In this document: positions 1 to 15,000 of the stretch, piece by piece
Position numbering within the stretch: the stretch's first letter is position 1
How the letters are laid out: the number at the start of each line of letters is the position of its first letter
DNA from: Eledone cirrhosa
Lineage: Eukaryota
Assembly: GCA_964016885.1 (NCBI GenBank)
Contig: OZ024741.1
Location: 409,944,001-410,008,000 of the forward strand
Direction: 5' to 3'
Length of the DNA stretch: 64,000 nucleotides
The notes under the pieces: model-generated
What the model was told of the DNA's origin: nothing
What the model saw: the letters and a program-made list of their open reading frames with translations, nothing else
Databases searched by the model: none
Program-made: the position numbers and the translations under genes

Positions 1-3000
1 CCTGTGTATATCTGGTTTACAATAGGTACGCTGTATCCCTGTGTATATCTGGTTTACAATAGGTACACTATCCCTGTGTATATCTGGTTTACAATAGGTA
101 CAATGTATCCCTGTGTATATCTGGTTTACAATAGCTACACTGTATCCTTGTGTTATATCTGGTTTACAATAGGTACACTGTATCCCTGTGTATATCTGGT
201 TTACAATAGTTACACTGTATCCCTGTGTATATCTAGTTTACAATAGGTACACTGTATCCCTGGGTATATCTGGTTTACAATAGGTACACTATCCCTGTGT
301 ATATCTGGTTTACAATAGGTACACTATCCCTGTGTATATCTGGTTTACAATAGGTACACTGTATCCCTGTGTATATCTGGTTTACAATAGGTACACTGTA
401 TCCCTGTGTATATCTCGTTTACAATAGGTACACTGTATCCCTGTGTATATCTGGTTTACAATAGGTACACTGTATCCCTGTGTATATCTAGTTTACAATA
501 GGTACACTGTATCCCTGGGTATATCTGGTTTACAATAGGTACACTGTATCCCTGTGTATATCTGGTTTACAATAGCTACACTGTATCCTTGTGTTATATC
601 TGGTTTACAATAGGTACACTGTATCCCTGTGTATATCTGGTTTACAATAGTACACTGTATCCTTGTGTTATATCTGGTTTACAATAGGTACACTGTCTCC
701 CTGTGTATATCTGGTTTACAATTGGTACACTGTATCCCTGTGTATATCTGGTTTACAATAGGTACACTGTATCCCTGTGTATATCTGGTTTACAATAGGT
801 ACACTGTATCCCTGTGTATACCTGGTTTACAATAGGTACACTGTATCCCTGTGTATATCTGATTTACAATAGGTACACTATCCCTGTGTATATCTGGTTT
901 ACAATAGGTACACTGTATCCCTGTGTATATCTGGTTTACAATAGGTACACTTTCCCTGTGTATATCTGGTTTACAATAGGTACACTGTATCACAGTGTAT
1001 ATCAGGTTTACAATAGGTATACTGTATCCCTGTGTATATCTGGTTTACAATAGGTACACTGTATCCCTGTGTATATCTGGTTTACAATAGGTACACTGTA
1101 TCCCTGTGTATATCTGGTTTACAATAGGTACACTGTATCCCTGTGTATATCTGGTTTACAATAGGTACACTGTATCCCTGTGTATATCAGGTTTACAATA
1201 GGTACACTGAATTCCTTTTTATATCAGGTTTACAATAGGTACACTGTATCCCTGTGTATATCTGGTTTACAATAGGTACACTGTATCCCTGTGTATATCT
1301 GGTTTACAATAGGTACACTGTATCCCTGTGTATATCTGGTTTACAATAGGTACACTGTATCCTTGTGTTATATCTGGTTTACAATAGGTACACTGTATCC
1401 CTGTGTATATCTGGTTTACAATAGGTACACTGTATCCCTGTGTATATCTGGTTTACAATAGGTACACTGTATCCTTGTGTTATATCTGGTTTACAATAGG
1501 TACACTGTATCCCTGTGTATATCTGGTTTACAATAGGTATACTGTATCCCTGTGTATATCTGGTTTAAAATAGGTACACTGTATCCCTGTGTATATCTGG
1601 TTTACAATAGGTACACTGTATCCCTGTGTATATCTGGTTTACAATAGGTACACTATCCCTGTGTATATCTGGTTTACAATAGGTACACTGTATCCCTGTG
1701 TATATCTGGTTTACAATAGGTACACTATCCCTGTGTATATCTGGTTTACCATAGGTACACTGTATCCCTGTGTATATCTGGTTTACAATAGGTACACTAT
1801 CCCTGTGTATATCTGGTTTACAATAGGTACACTGTATCACAGTGTATATCAGGTTTACAATAGGTATACTGTATCCCTGTGTATATCTGGTTTACAATAG
1901 GTACACTGTATCCCTGTGTATATCTGGTTTACAATAGGTACACTGTATCCCTGTGTATATCTGGTTTACAATAGGTACACTGTATCCCTGTGTATATCTG
2001 GTTTACAATAGGTACACTGTATCCCTGTGTATATCAGGTTTACAAAAGGTACACGGAATCCCTGTGTATATCTGGTTTACAATACGTACACTGTATCCCT
2101 GTGTATATCTGGTTTACAATAGGTACAGTGTATCCCAGTGTATATCAGGTTTACAATAGGTATACTGTATCTCTGTGTATATCTGGTTTACAATAGGTAC
2201 ACTGTATCCCTGTTCATATCAGGTTTACAATAGGTACACTGTATCCCTGTGTATATCTGGTTTACAATAGGTACACTGTATCCCTGTGTATATCTGGTTT
2301 ACAATAGGTACACTGTATCCCTGTGTATATCTGGTTTACAATAGGTACACTGTATCCCTGTATGTATCTGGTTTACAATAGGTACATTGTATCCCTGTGT
2401 ATATCTGGTTTACAATAGGTACACTGTATCCCTGTGTGTATCTGGTTTAAAATAGGTACATTGTATCCCTGTGTACATCAGGTTTACAATAGGTACACTG
2501 AATCCCTGTGTATATCTGGTTTACAATAGGTACACTGTATCTCTGTGTATATCTGGTTTACAATAGGTACATTGTATCCCTGTGTATATCTGGTTTACAA
2601 TAGGTACACTATCCTTGTGTATATCTGGTTTACAATAGGTACACTGTATCCCTGTGTATATCAGGTTTACAATAGGTACACTGTATCTCAGTGTATATCT
2701 CGTTTACAATAGGTACACTGTATCCCTGTGTATATCTGGTTTACAATAGGTACACTGTATCCCTGTGTATATCAGGTTTACAATAGGTACACTGTATCCC
2801 TGTGTATATCTGGTTTACAATAGGTACAGTGTATCCCAGTGTATATCAGGTTTACAATAGGTATACTGTATCTCTGTGTATATCTGGTTTACAATAGGTA
2901 CACTGTATCCCTGTTCATATCAGGTTTACAATAGGTACACTGTATCCCTGTGTATATCTGGTTTACAATAGGTACACTGTATCCCTGTGTATATCTGGTT

Positions 3001-6000
3001 TACAATAGGTACACTGTATCCCTGTGTATATCTGGTTTACAATAGGTACACTGTATCCCTGTATGTATCTGGTTTACAATAGGTACATTGTATCCCTGTG
3101 TATATCTGGTTTACAATAGGTACACTGTATCCCTGTGTGTATCTGGTTTACAATAGGTACATTGTATCCCTGTGTACATCAGGTTTACAATAGGTACACT
3201 GAATCCCTGTGTATATCTGGTTTACAATAGGTACACTGTATCTCTGTGTATATCTGGTTTACAATAGGTACATTGTATCCCTGTGTATATCTGGTTTACA
3301 ATAGGTACACTATCCCTGTGTATATCTGGTTTACAATAGGTACACTGTATCCCTGTGTATATCAGGTTTACAATAGGTACACTGTATCTCAGTGTATATC
3401 TCGTTTACAATAGGTACACTGTATCCCTGTGTATATCTGGTTTACAATAGGTACACTGTATCCCTGTGTATATCAGGTTTACAATAGGTACACTGTATCC
3501 CTGTGTATATCTGGTTTACAATAGGTACCCTGTATCCCAGTGTATATCTGGTCTACAATAGGTACACTGTATCACTGTGTATATCTAGTTTACAATAGGT
3601 ACCCTGTATCCCAGTGTATTTCTGGTTTACAATAGGTACACTGTATCCCTGTGTATATCTGGTTTACAATAGGTACACTGTATCCCTGTGTATATCTGGT
3701 TTACAATAGGTACACTGTATCCTTGTGTTATATCTGGTTTACAATAGGTACACTGTATCCCTGTGTATATCTGGTTTACAATAGGTACACTGTATCCCTG
3801 TGTATATCTGATTTACAATAGGTACACTGTATCCCTGTGTATATCTGGTTTACAATAGGTACACTGTATCCCTGTGTATATCTGGTTTACAATAGGTACA
3901 CTATCCCTGTGTATATCTGGTTTACAATAGGTACACTGTATCCCTGTGTATATCTAGTTTACAATAGGTACACTGTATCCCTGGGTATATCAGGTTTACA
4001 ATAGGTACACTATCCCTGTGTATATCTGGTTTACAATAGGTACACTGTATCCCTGTGTATATCTGGTTTACAATAGGTACACTGTATCCCTGTGTATATC
4101 TGGTTTACAATAGGTACACTGTATCCCTGTGTATATCTGGTTTACAATAGGTACACTGTATCCCTGTGTATATCTGGTTTACAATAGGTACACTATCCCT
4201 GTGTATATCTGGTTTACAATAGGTACACTGTATCCCTGTGTATATCTAGTTTACAATAGGTACACTGTATCCCTGGGTATATCTGGTTTATAATAGGTAC
4301 ACTGTATCCCTGTGTATATCTAGTTTACAATAGGTACATTGTATCCCTGTGTATATCTGGTTTACAATAGGTACACTATCCCTGTGTATATCTGGTTTAC
4401 AATAGGTACACTGTATCCCTGTGTATATCTGGTTTACAATAGTACACTGTACCCTTGTGTTATATCTGGTTTACAATAGGTACACTGTATCCCTGTGTAT
4501 ATCTGGTTTACAATAGGTACACTGTATCCTTGTGTTATATCTGGTTTACAATAGGTACACTGTATCCCTGTGTATATCTGGTTTACAATAGTACACTGTA
4601 TCCTTGTGTTATATCTGGTTTACAATAGGTACACTGTCTCCCTGGGTATATCTGGTTTACAATAGGTACACTGTATCCCTGTGTATATCTCGTTTACAAT
4701 AGGTGCACTGTATACCTGTGTATATCTGGTTTACAATAGGTACGCTGTATCCCTGTGTATATCTGGTTTACAATAGGTACACTATCCCTGTGTATATCTG
4801 GTTTACAATAGGTACACTGTATCCCTGTGTATATCTGGTTTACAATAGTACACTGTATCCTTGTGTTATATCTGGTTTACAATAGGTACGCTGTATCCCT
4901 GTGTATATCTGGTTTACAATAGGTACACTATCCCTGTGTATATCTGGTTTACAATAGGTACAATGTATCCCTGTGTATATCTGGTTTACAATAGCTACAC
5001 TGTATCCTTGTGTTATATCTGGTTTACAATAGGTACACTGTATCCCTGTGTATATCTGGTTTACAATAGGTACACTGTATCCCTGTGTATATCTAGTTTA
5101 CAATAGGTACACTGTATCCCTGGGTATATCTGGTTTACAATAGGTACACTATCCCTGTGTATATCTGGTTTACAATAGGTACACTATCCCTGTGTATATC
5201 TGGTTTACAATAGGTACACTGTATCCCTGTGTATATCTGGTTTACAATAGGTACACTGTATCCCTGTGTATATCTGGTTTACAATAGGTACACTGTATCC
5301 CTGTGTATATCTGGTTTACAATAGGTACACTGTATCCCTGTGTATATCTAGTTTACAATAAGTACACTGTATCCCTGGGTATATCTGGTTTACAATAGGT
5401 ACACTGTATCCCTGTGTATATCTAGTTTACAATAGGTACATTGTATCCCTGTGTATATCTGGTTTACAATAGGTACACTATCCCTGTGTATATCTGGTTT
5501 ACAATAGGTACACTGTATCCCTGTGTATATCTGGTTTACAATAGCTACACTGTATCCTTGTGTTATATCTGGTTTACAATAGGTACACTGTATCCCTGTG
5601 TATATCTGGTTTACAATAGTACACTGTATCCTTGTGTTATATCTGGTTTACAATAGGTACACTGTCTCCCTGTGTATATCTGGTTTACAATAGGTACACT
5701 GTATCCCTGTGTATATCTGGTTTACAATAGGTACACTGTATCCCTGTGTATATCTGGTTTACAATAGGTACACTGTATCCCTGTGTATACCTGGTTTACA
5801 ATAGGTACACTGTATCCCTGTGTATATCTGATTTACAATAGGTACACTATCCCTGTGTATATCTGGTTTACAATAGGTACACTGTATCCCTGTGTATATC
5901 TGGTTTACAATAGGTACACTTTCCCTGTGTATATCTGGTTTACAATAGGTACACTGTATCACAGTGTATATCAGGTTTACAATAGGTATACTGTATCCCT

Positions 6001-9000
6001 GTGTATATCTGGTTTACAATAGGTACACTGTATCCCTGTGTATATCTGGTTTACAATAGGTACACTGTATCCCTGTGTATATCTGGTTTACAATAGGTAC
6101 ACTGTATCCCTGTGTATATCTGGTTTACAATAGGTACACTGTATCCCTGTGTATATCAGGTTTACAATAGGTACACTGAATTCCTTTTTATATCAGGTTT
6201 ACAATAGGTACACTGTATCCCTGTGTATATCTGGTTTACAATAGGTACACTGTATCCCTGTGTATATCTGGTTTACAATAGGTACACTGTATCCCTGTGT
6301 ATATCTGGTTTACAATAGGTACACTGTATCCTTGTGTTATATCTGGTTTACAATAGGTACACTGTATCCCTGTGTATATCTGGTTTACAATAGGTACACT
6401 GTATCCCTGTGTATATCTGGTTTACAATAGGTACACTGTATCCTTGTGTTATATCTGGTTTACAATAGGTACACTGTATCCCTGTGTATATCTGGTTTAC
6501 AATAGGTATACTGTATCCCTGTGTATATCTGGTTTAAAATAGGTACACTGTATCCCTGTGTATATCTGGTTTACAATAGGTACACTGTATCCCTGTGTAT
6601 ATCTGGTTTACAATAGGTACACTATCCCTGTGTATATCTGGTTTACAATAGGTACACTGTATCCCTGTGTATATCTGGTTTACAATAGGTACACTATCCC
6701 TGTGTATATCTGGTTTACCATAGGTACACTGTATCCCTGTGTATATCTGGTTTACAATAGGTACACTATCCCTGTGTATATCTGGTTTACAATAGGTACA
6801 CTGTATCACAGTGTATATCAGGTTTACAATAGGTATACTGTATCCCTGTGTATATCTGGTTTACAATAGGTACACTGTATCCCTGTGTATATCTGGTTTA
6901 CAATAGGTACACTGTATCCCTGTGTATATCTGGTTTACAATAGGTACACTGTATCCCTGTGTATATCTGGTTTACAATAGGTACACTGTATCCCTGTGTA
7001 TATCAGGTTTACAAAAGGTACACGGAATCCCTGTGTATATCTGGTTTACAATACGTACACTGTATCCCTGTGTATATCTGGTTTACAATAGGTACAGTGT
7101 ATCCCAGTGTATATCAGGTTTACAATAGGTATACTGTATCTCTGTGTATATCTGGTTTACAATAGGTACACTGTATCCCTGTTCATATCAGGTTTACAAT
7201 AGGTACACTGTATCCCTGTGTATATCTGGTTTACAATAGGTACACTGTATCCCTGTGTATATCTGGTTTACAATAGGTACACTGTATCCCTGTGTATATC
7301 TGGTTTACAATAGGTACACTGTATCCCTGTATGTATCTGGTTTACAATAGGTACATTGTATCCCTGTGTATATCTGGTTTACAATAGGTACACTGTATCC
7401 CTGTGTGTATCTGGTTTAAAATAGGTACATTGTATCCCTGTGTACATCAGGTTTACAATAGGTACACTGAATCCCTGTGTATATCTGGTTTACAATAGGT
7501 ACACTGTATCTCTGTGTATATCTGGTTTACAATAGGTACATTGTATCCCTGTGTATATCTGGTTTACAATAGGTACACTATCCTTGTGTATATCTGGTTT
7601 ACAATAGGTACACTGTATCCCTGTGTATATCAGGTTTACAATAGGTACACTGTATCTCAGTGTATATCTCGTTTACAATAGGTACACTGTATCCCTGTGT
7701 ATATCTGGTTTACAATAGGTACACTGTATCCCTGTGTATATCAGGTTTACAATAGGTACACTATATCCCTGTGTATATCTGGTTTACAATAGGTACAGTG
7801 TATCCCAGTGTATATCAGGTTTACAATAGGTATACTGTATCTCTGTGTATATCTGGTTTACAATAGGTACACTGTATCCCTGTTCATATCAGGTTTACAA
7901 TAGGTACACTGTATCCCTGTGTATATCTGGTTTACAATAGGTACACTGTATCCCTGTGTATATCTGGTTTACAATAGGTACACTGTATCCCTGTGTATAT
8001 CTGGTTTACAATAGGTACACTGTATCCCTGTATGTATCTGGTTTACAATAGGTACATTGTATCCCTGTGTATATCTGGTTTACAATAGGTACACTGTATC
8101 CCTGTGTGTATCTGGTTTACAATAGGTACATTGTATCCCTGTGTACATCAGGTTTACAATAGGTACACTGAATCCCTGTGTATATCTGGTTTACAATAGG
8201 TACACTGTATCTCTGTGTATATCTGGTTTACAATAGGTACATTGTATCCCTGTGTATATCTGGTTTACAATAGGTACACTATCCCTGTGTATATCTGGTT
8301 TACAATAGGTACACTGTATCCCTGTGTATATCAGGTTTACAATAGGTACACTGTATCTCAGTGTATATCTCGTTTACAATAGGTACACTGTATCCCTGTG
8401 TATATCTGGTTTACAATAGGTACACTGTATCCCTGTGTATATCAGGTTTACAATAGGTACACTGTATCCCTGTGTATATCTGGTTTACAATAGGTACCCT
8501 GTATCCCAGTGTATATCTGGTCTACAATAGGTACACTGTATCACTGTGTATATCTAGTTTACAATAGGTACCCTGTATCCCAGTGTATTTCTGGTTTACA
8601 ATAGGTACACTGTATCCCTGTGTATATCTGGTTTACAATAGGTACACTGTATCCCTGTGTATATCTGGTTTACAATAGGTACACTGTATCCTTGTGTTAT
8701 ATCTGGTTTACAATAGGTACACTGTATCCCTGTGTATATCTGGTTTACAATAGGTACACTGTATCCCTGTGTATATCTGATTTACAATAGGTACACTGTA
8801 TCCCTGTGTATATCTGGTTTACAATAGGTACACTGTATCCCTGTGTATATCTGGTTTACAATAGGTACACTATCCCTGTGTATATCTGGTTTACAATAGG
8901 TACACTGTATCCCTGTGTATATCTAGTTTACAATAGGTACACTGTATCCCTGGGTATATCTGGTTTACAATAGGTACACTATCCCTGTGTATATCTGGTT

Positions 9001-12000
9001 TACAATAGGTACACTGTATCCCTGTGTATATCTGGTTTACAATAGGTACACTGTATCCCTGTGTATATCTGGTTTACAATAGGTACACTGTATCCCTGTG
9101 TATATCTGGTTTACAATAGGTACACTGTATCCCTGTGTATATCTGGTTTACAATAGGTACACTATCCCTGTGTATATCTGGTTTACAATAGGTACACTGT
9201 ATCCCTGTGTATATCTAGTTTACAATAGGTACACTGTATCCCTGGGTATATCTGGTTTATAATAGGTACACTGTATCCCTGTGTATATCTAGTTTACAAT
9301 AGGTACATTGTATCCCTGTGTATATCTGGTTTACAATAGGTACACTATCCCTGTGTATATCTGGTTTACAATAGGTACACTGTATCCCTGTGTATATCTG
9401 GTTTACAATAGTACACTGTATCCTTGTGTTATATCTGGTTTACAATAGGTACACTGTATCCCTGTGTATATCTGGTTTACAATAGGTACACTGTATCCTT
9501 GTGTTATATCTGGTTTACAATAGGTACACTGTATCCCTGTGTATATCTGGTTTACAATAGTACACTGTATCCTTGTGTTATATCTGGTTTACAATAGGTA
9601 CACTGTCTCCCTGGGTATATCTGGTTTACAATAGGTACACTGTATCCCTGTGTATATCTCGTTTACAATAGGTGCACTGTATACCTGTGTATATCTGGTT
9701 TACAATAGGTACGCTGTATCCCTGTGTATATCTGGTTTACAATAGGTACACTATCCCTGTGTATATCTGGTTTACAATAGGTACACTGTATCCCTGTGTA
9801 TATCTGGTTTACAATAGCTACACTGTATCCTTGTGTTATATCTTGTTTACAATAGGTACACTGTATCCCTGTGTATATCTGGTTTACAATAGGTACACTG
9901 TATCCCTATGTATATCTAGTTTACAATAGGTACACTGTATCCCTGGGTATATCTGGTTTACAATAGGTACACTATCCCTGTGTATATCTGGTTTACAATA
10001 GGTACACTATCCCTGTGTATATCTGGTTTACAATAGGTACACTGTATCCCTGTGTATATCTGGTTTACAATAGGTACACTGTATCCCTGTGTATATCTGG
10101 TTTACAATAGGTACACTGTATCCCTGTGTATATCTGGTTTACAATAGGTACACTGTATCCCTGTATATATCTAGTTTACAATAGGTACACTGTATCCCTG
10201 TGTATATCTGGTTTACAATAGGTACACTGTATCCCTGTGTATATCTAGTTTACAATAGGTACATTGTATCCCTGTGTATATCTGGTTTACAATAGGTACA
10301 CTATCCCTGTGTATATCTGGTTTACAATAGGTACACTGTATCCCTGTGTATATCTGGTTTACAATAGCTACACTGTATCCTTGTGTTATATCTGGTTTAC
10401 AATAGGTACACTGTATCCCTGTGTATATCTGGTTTACAATAGTACACTGTATCCTTGTGTTATATCTGGTTTACAATAGGTACACTGTCTCCCTGGGTAT
10501 ATCTGGTTTACAATAGGTACACTGTATCCCTGTGTATATCTCGTTTACAATAGGTGCACTGTATGCCTGTGTATATCTGGTTTACAATAGGTACGCTGTA
10601 TCCCTGTGTATATCTGGTTTACAATAGGTACACTATCCCTGTGTATATCTGGTTTACAATAGGTACAATGTATCCCTGTGTATATCTGGTTTACAATAGC
10701 TACACTGTATCCTTGTGTTATATCTGGTTTACAATAGGTACACTGTATCCCTGTGTATATCTGGTTTACAATAGGTACACTGTATCCCTGTGTATATCTA
10801 GTTTACAATAGGTACACTGTATCCCTGGGTATATCTGGTTTACAATAGGTACACTATCCCTGTGTATATCTGGTTTACAATAGGTACACTATCCCTGTGT
10901 ATATCTGGTTTACAATAGGTACACTGTATCCCTGTGTATATCTGGTTTACAATAGGTACACTGTATCCCTGTGTATATCTGGTTTACAATAGGTACACTG
11001 TATCCCTGTGTATATCTGGTTTACAATAGGTACACTGTATCCCTGTGTATATCTAGTTTACAATAGGTACACTGTATCCCTGGGTATATCTGGTTTACAA
11101 TAGGTACACTGTATCCCTGTGTATATCTAGTTTACAATAGGTACATTGTATCCCTGTGTATATCTGGTTTACAATAGGTACACTATCCCTGTGTATATCT
11201 GGTTTACAATAGGTACACTGTATCCCTGTGTATATCTGGTTTACAATAGCTACACTGTATCCTTGTGTTATATCTGGTTTACAATAGGTACACTGTATCC
11301 CTGTGTATATCTGGTTTACAATAGTACACTGTATCCTTGTGTTATATCTGGTTTACAATAGGTACACTGTCTCCCTGTGTATATCTGGTTTACAATAGGT
11401 ACACTGTATCCCTGTGTATATCTGGTTTACAATAGGTACACTGTATCCCTGTGTATATCTGGTTTACAATAGGTACACTGTATCCCTGTGTATACCTGGT
11501 TTACAATAGGTACACTGTATCCCTGTGTATATCTGATTTACAATAGGTACACTATCCCTGTGTATATCTGGTTTACAATAGGTACACTGTATCCCTGTGT
11601 ATATCTGGTTTACAATAGGTACACTTTCCCTGTGTATATCTGGTTTACAATAGGTACACTGTATCACAGTGTATATCAGGTTTACAATAGGTATACTGTA
11701 TCCCTGTGTATATCTGGTTTACAATAGGTATACTGTATCCCTGTGTATATCTGGTTTAAAATAGGTACACTGTATCCTTGTGTTATATCTGGTTTACAAT
11801 AGGTACACTGTATCCCTGTGTATATCTGGTTTACAATAGGTACACTGTATCCTTGTGTTATATCTGGTTTACAATAGGTACACTGTATCCCTGTGTATAT
11901 CTGGTTTACAATAGTACACTGTATCCTTGTGTTATATCTGGTTTACAATAGGTACACTGTCTCCCTGGGTATATCTGGTTTACAATAGGTACACTGTATC

Positions 12001-15000
12001 CCTGTGTATATCTCGTTTACAATAGGTGCACTGTATACCTGTGTATATCTGGTTTACAATAGGTACGCTGTATCCCTGTGTATATCTGGTTTACAATAGG
12101 TACACTATCCCTGTGTATATCTGGTTTACAATAGGTACACTGTATCCCTGTGTATATCTGGTTTACAATAGCTACACTGTATCCTTGTGTTATATCTTGT
12201 TTACAATAGGTACACTGTATCCCTGTGTATATCTGGTTTACAATAGGTACACTGTATCCCTATGTATATCTAGTTTACAATAGGTACACTGTATCCCTGG
12301 GTATATCTGGTTTACAATAGGTACACTATCCCTGTGTATATCTGGTTTACAATAGGTACACTATCCCTGTGTATATCTGGTTTACAATAGGTACACTGTA
12401 TCCCTGTGTATATCTGGTTTACAATAGGTACACTGTATCCCTGTGTATATCTGGTTTACAATAGGTACACTGTATCCCTGTGTATATCTGGTTTACAATA
12501 GGTACACTGTATCCCTGTATATATCTAGTTTACAATAGGTACACTGTATCCCTGTGTATATCTGGTTTACAATAGGTACACTGTATCCCTGTGTATATCT
12601 AGTTTACAATAGGTACATTGTATCCCTGTGTATATCTGGTTTACAATAGGTACACTATCCCTGTGTATATCTGGTTTACAATAGGTACACTGTATCCCTG
12701 TGTATATCTGGTTTACAATAGCTACACTGTATCCTTGTGTTATATCTGGTTTACAATAGGTACACTGTATCCCTGTGTATATCTGGTTTACAATAGTACA
12801 CTGTATCCTTGTGTTATATCTGGTTTACAATAGGTACACTGTCTCCCTGGGTATATCTGGTTTACAATAGGTACACTGTATCCCTGTGTATATCTCGTTT
12901 ACAATAGGTGCACTGTATGCCTGTGTATATCTGGTTTACAATAGGTACGCTGTATCCCTGTGTATATCTGGTTTACAATAGGTACACTATCCCTGTGTAT
13001 ATCTGGTTTACAATAGGTACAATGTATCCCTGTGTATATCTGGTTTACAATAGCTACACTGTATCCTTGTGTTATATCTGGTTTACAATAGGTACACTGT
13101 ATCCCTGTGTATATCTGGTTTACAATAGGTACACTGTATCCCTGTGTATATCTAGTTTACAATAGGTACACTGTATCCCTGGGTATATCTGGTTTACAAT
13201 AGGTACACTATCCCTGTGTATATCTGGTTTACAATAGGTACACTATCCCTGTGTATATCTGGTTTACAATAGGTACACTGTATCCCTGTGTATATCTGGT
13301 TTACAATAGGTACACTGTATCCCTGTGTATATCTGGTTTACAATAGGTACACTGTATCCCTGTGTATATCTGGTTTACAATAGGTACACTGTATCCCTGT
13401 GTATATCTAGTTTACAATAGGTACACTGTATCCCTGGGTATATCTGGTTTACAATAGGTACACTGTATCCCTGTGTATATCTAGTTTACAATAGGTACAT
13501 TGTATCCCTGTGTATATCTGGTTTACAATAGGTACACTATCCCTGTGTATATCTGGTTTACAATAGGTACACTGTATCCCTGTGTATATCTGGTTTACAA
13601 TAGCTACACTGTATCCTTGTGTTATATCTGGTTTACAATAGGTACACTGTATCCCTGTGTATATCTGGTTTACAATAGTACACTGTATCCTTGTGTTATA
13701 TCTGGTTTACAATAGGTACACTGTCTCCCTGTGTATATCTGGTTTACAATAGGTACACTGTATCCCTGTGTATATCTGGTTTACAATAGGTACACTGTAT
13801 CCCTGTGTATATCTGGTTTACAATAGGTACACTGTATCCCTGTGTATACCTGGTTTACAATAGGTACACTGTATCCCTGTGTATATCTGATTTACAATAG
13901 GTACACTATCCCTGTGTATATCTGGTTTACAATAGGTACACTGTATCCCTGTGTATATCTGGTTTACAATAGGTACACTTTCCCTGTGTATATCTGGTTT
14001 ACAATAGGTACACTGTATCACAGTGTATATCAGGTTTACAATAGGTATACTGTATCCCTGTGTATATCTGGTTTACAATAGGTATACTGTATCCCTGTGT
14101 ATATCTGGTTTAAAATAGGTACACTGTATCCCTGTGTATATCTGGTTTACAATAGGTACACTGTATCCCTGTGTATATCTGGTTTACAATAGGTACACTA
14201 TCCCTGTGTATATCTGGTTTACAATAGGTACACTGTATCCCTGTGTATATCTGGTTTACAATAGGTACACTATCCCTGTGTATATCTGGTTTACCATAGG
14301 TACACTGTATCCCTGTGTATATCTGGTTTACAATAGGTACACTATCCCTGTGTATATCTGGTTTACAATAGGTACACTGTATCACAGTGTATATCAGGTT
14401 TACAATAGGTATACTGTATCCCTGTGTATATCTGGTTTACAATAGGTACACTGTATCCCTGTGTATATCTGGTTTACAATAGGTACACTGTATCCCTGTG
14501 TATATCTGGTTTACAATAGGTACACTGTATCCCTGTGTATATCTGGTTTACAATAGGTACACTGTATCCCTGTGTATATCAGGTTTACAAAAGGTACACG
14601 GAATCCCTGTGTATATCTGGTTTACAATACGTACACTGTATCCCTGTGTATATCTGGTTTACAATAGGTACAGTGTATCCCAGTGTATATCAGGTTTACA
14701 ATAGGTATACTGTATCTCTGTGTATATCTGGTTTACAATAGGTACACTGTATCCCTGTTCATATCAGGTTTACAATAGGTACACTGTATCCCTGTGTATA
14801 TCTGGTTTACAATAGGTACACTGTATCCCTGTGTATATCTGGTTTACAATAGGTACACTGTATCCCTGTGTATATCTGGTTTACAATAGGTACACTGTAT
14901 CCCTGTATGTATCTGGTTTACAATAGGTACATTGTATCCCTGTGTATATCTGGTTTACAATAGGTACACTGTATCCCTGTGTGTATCTGGTTTAAAATAG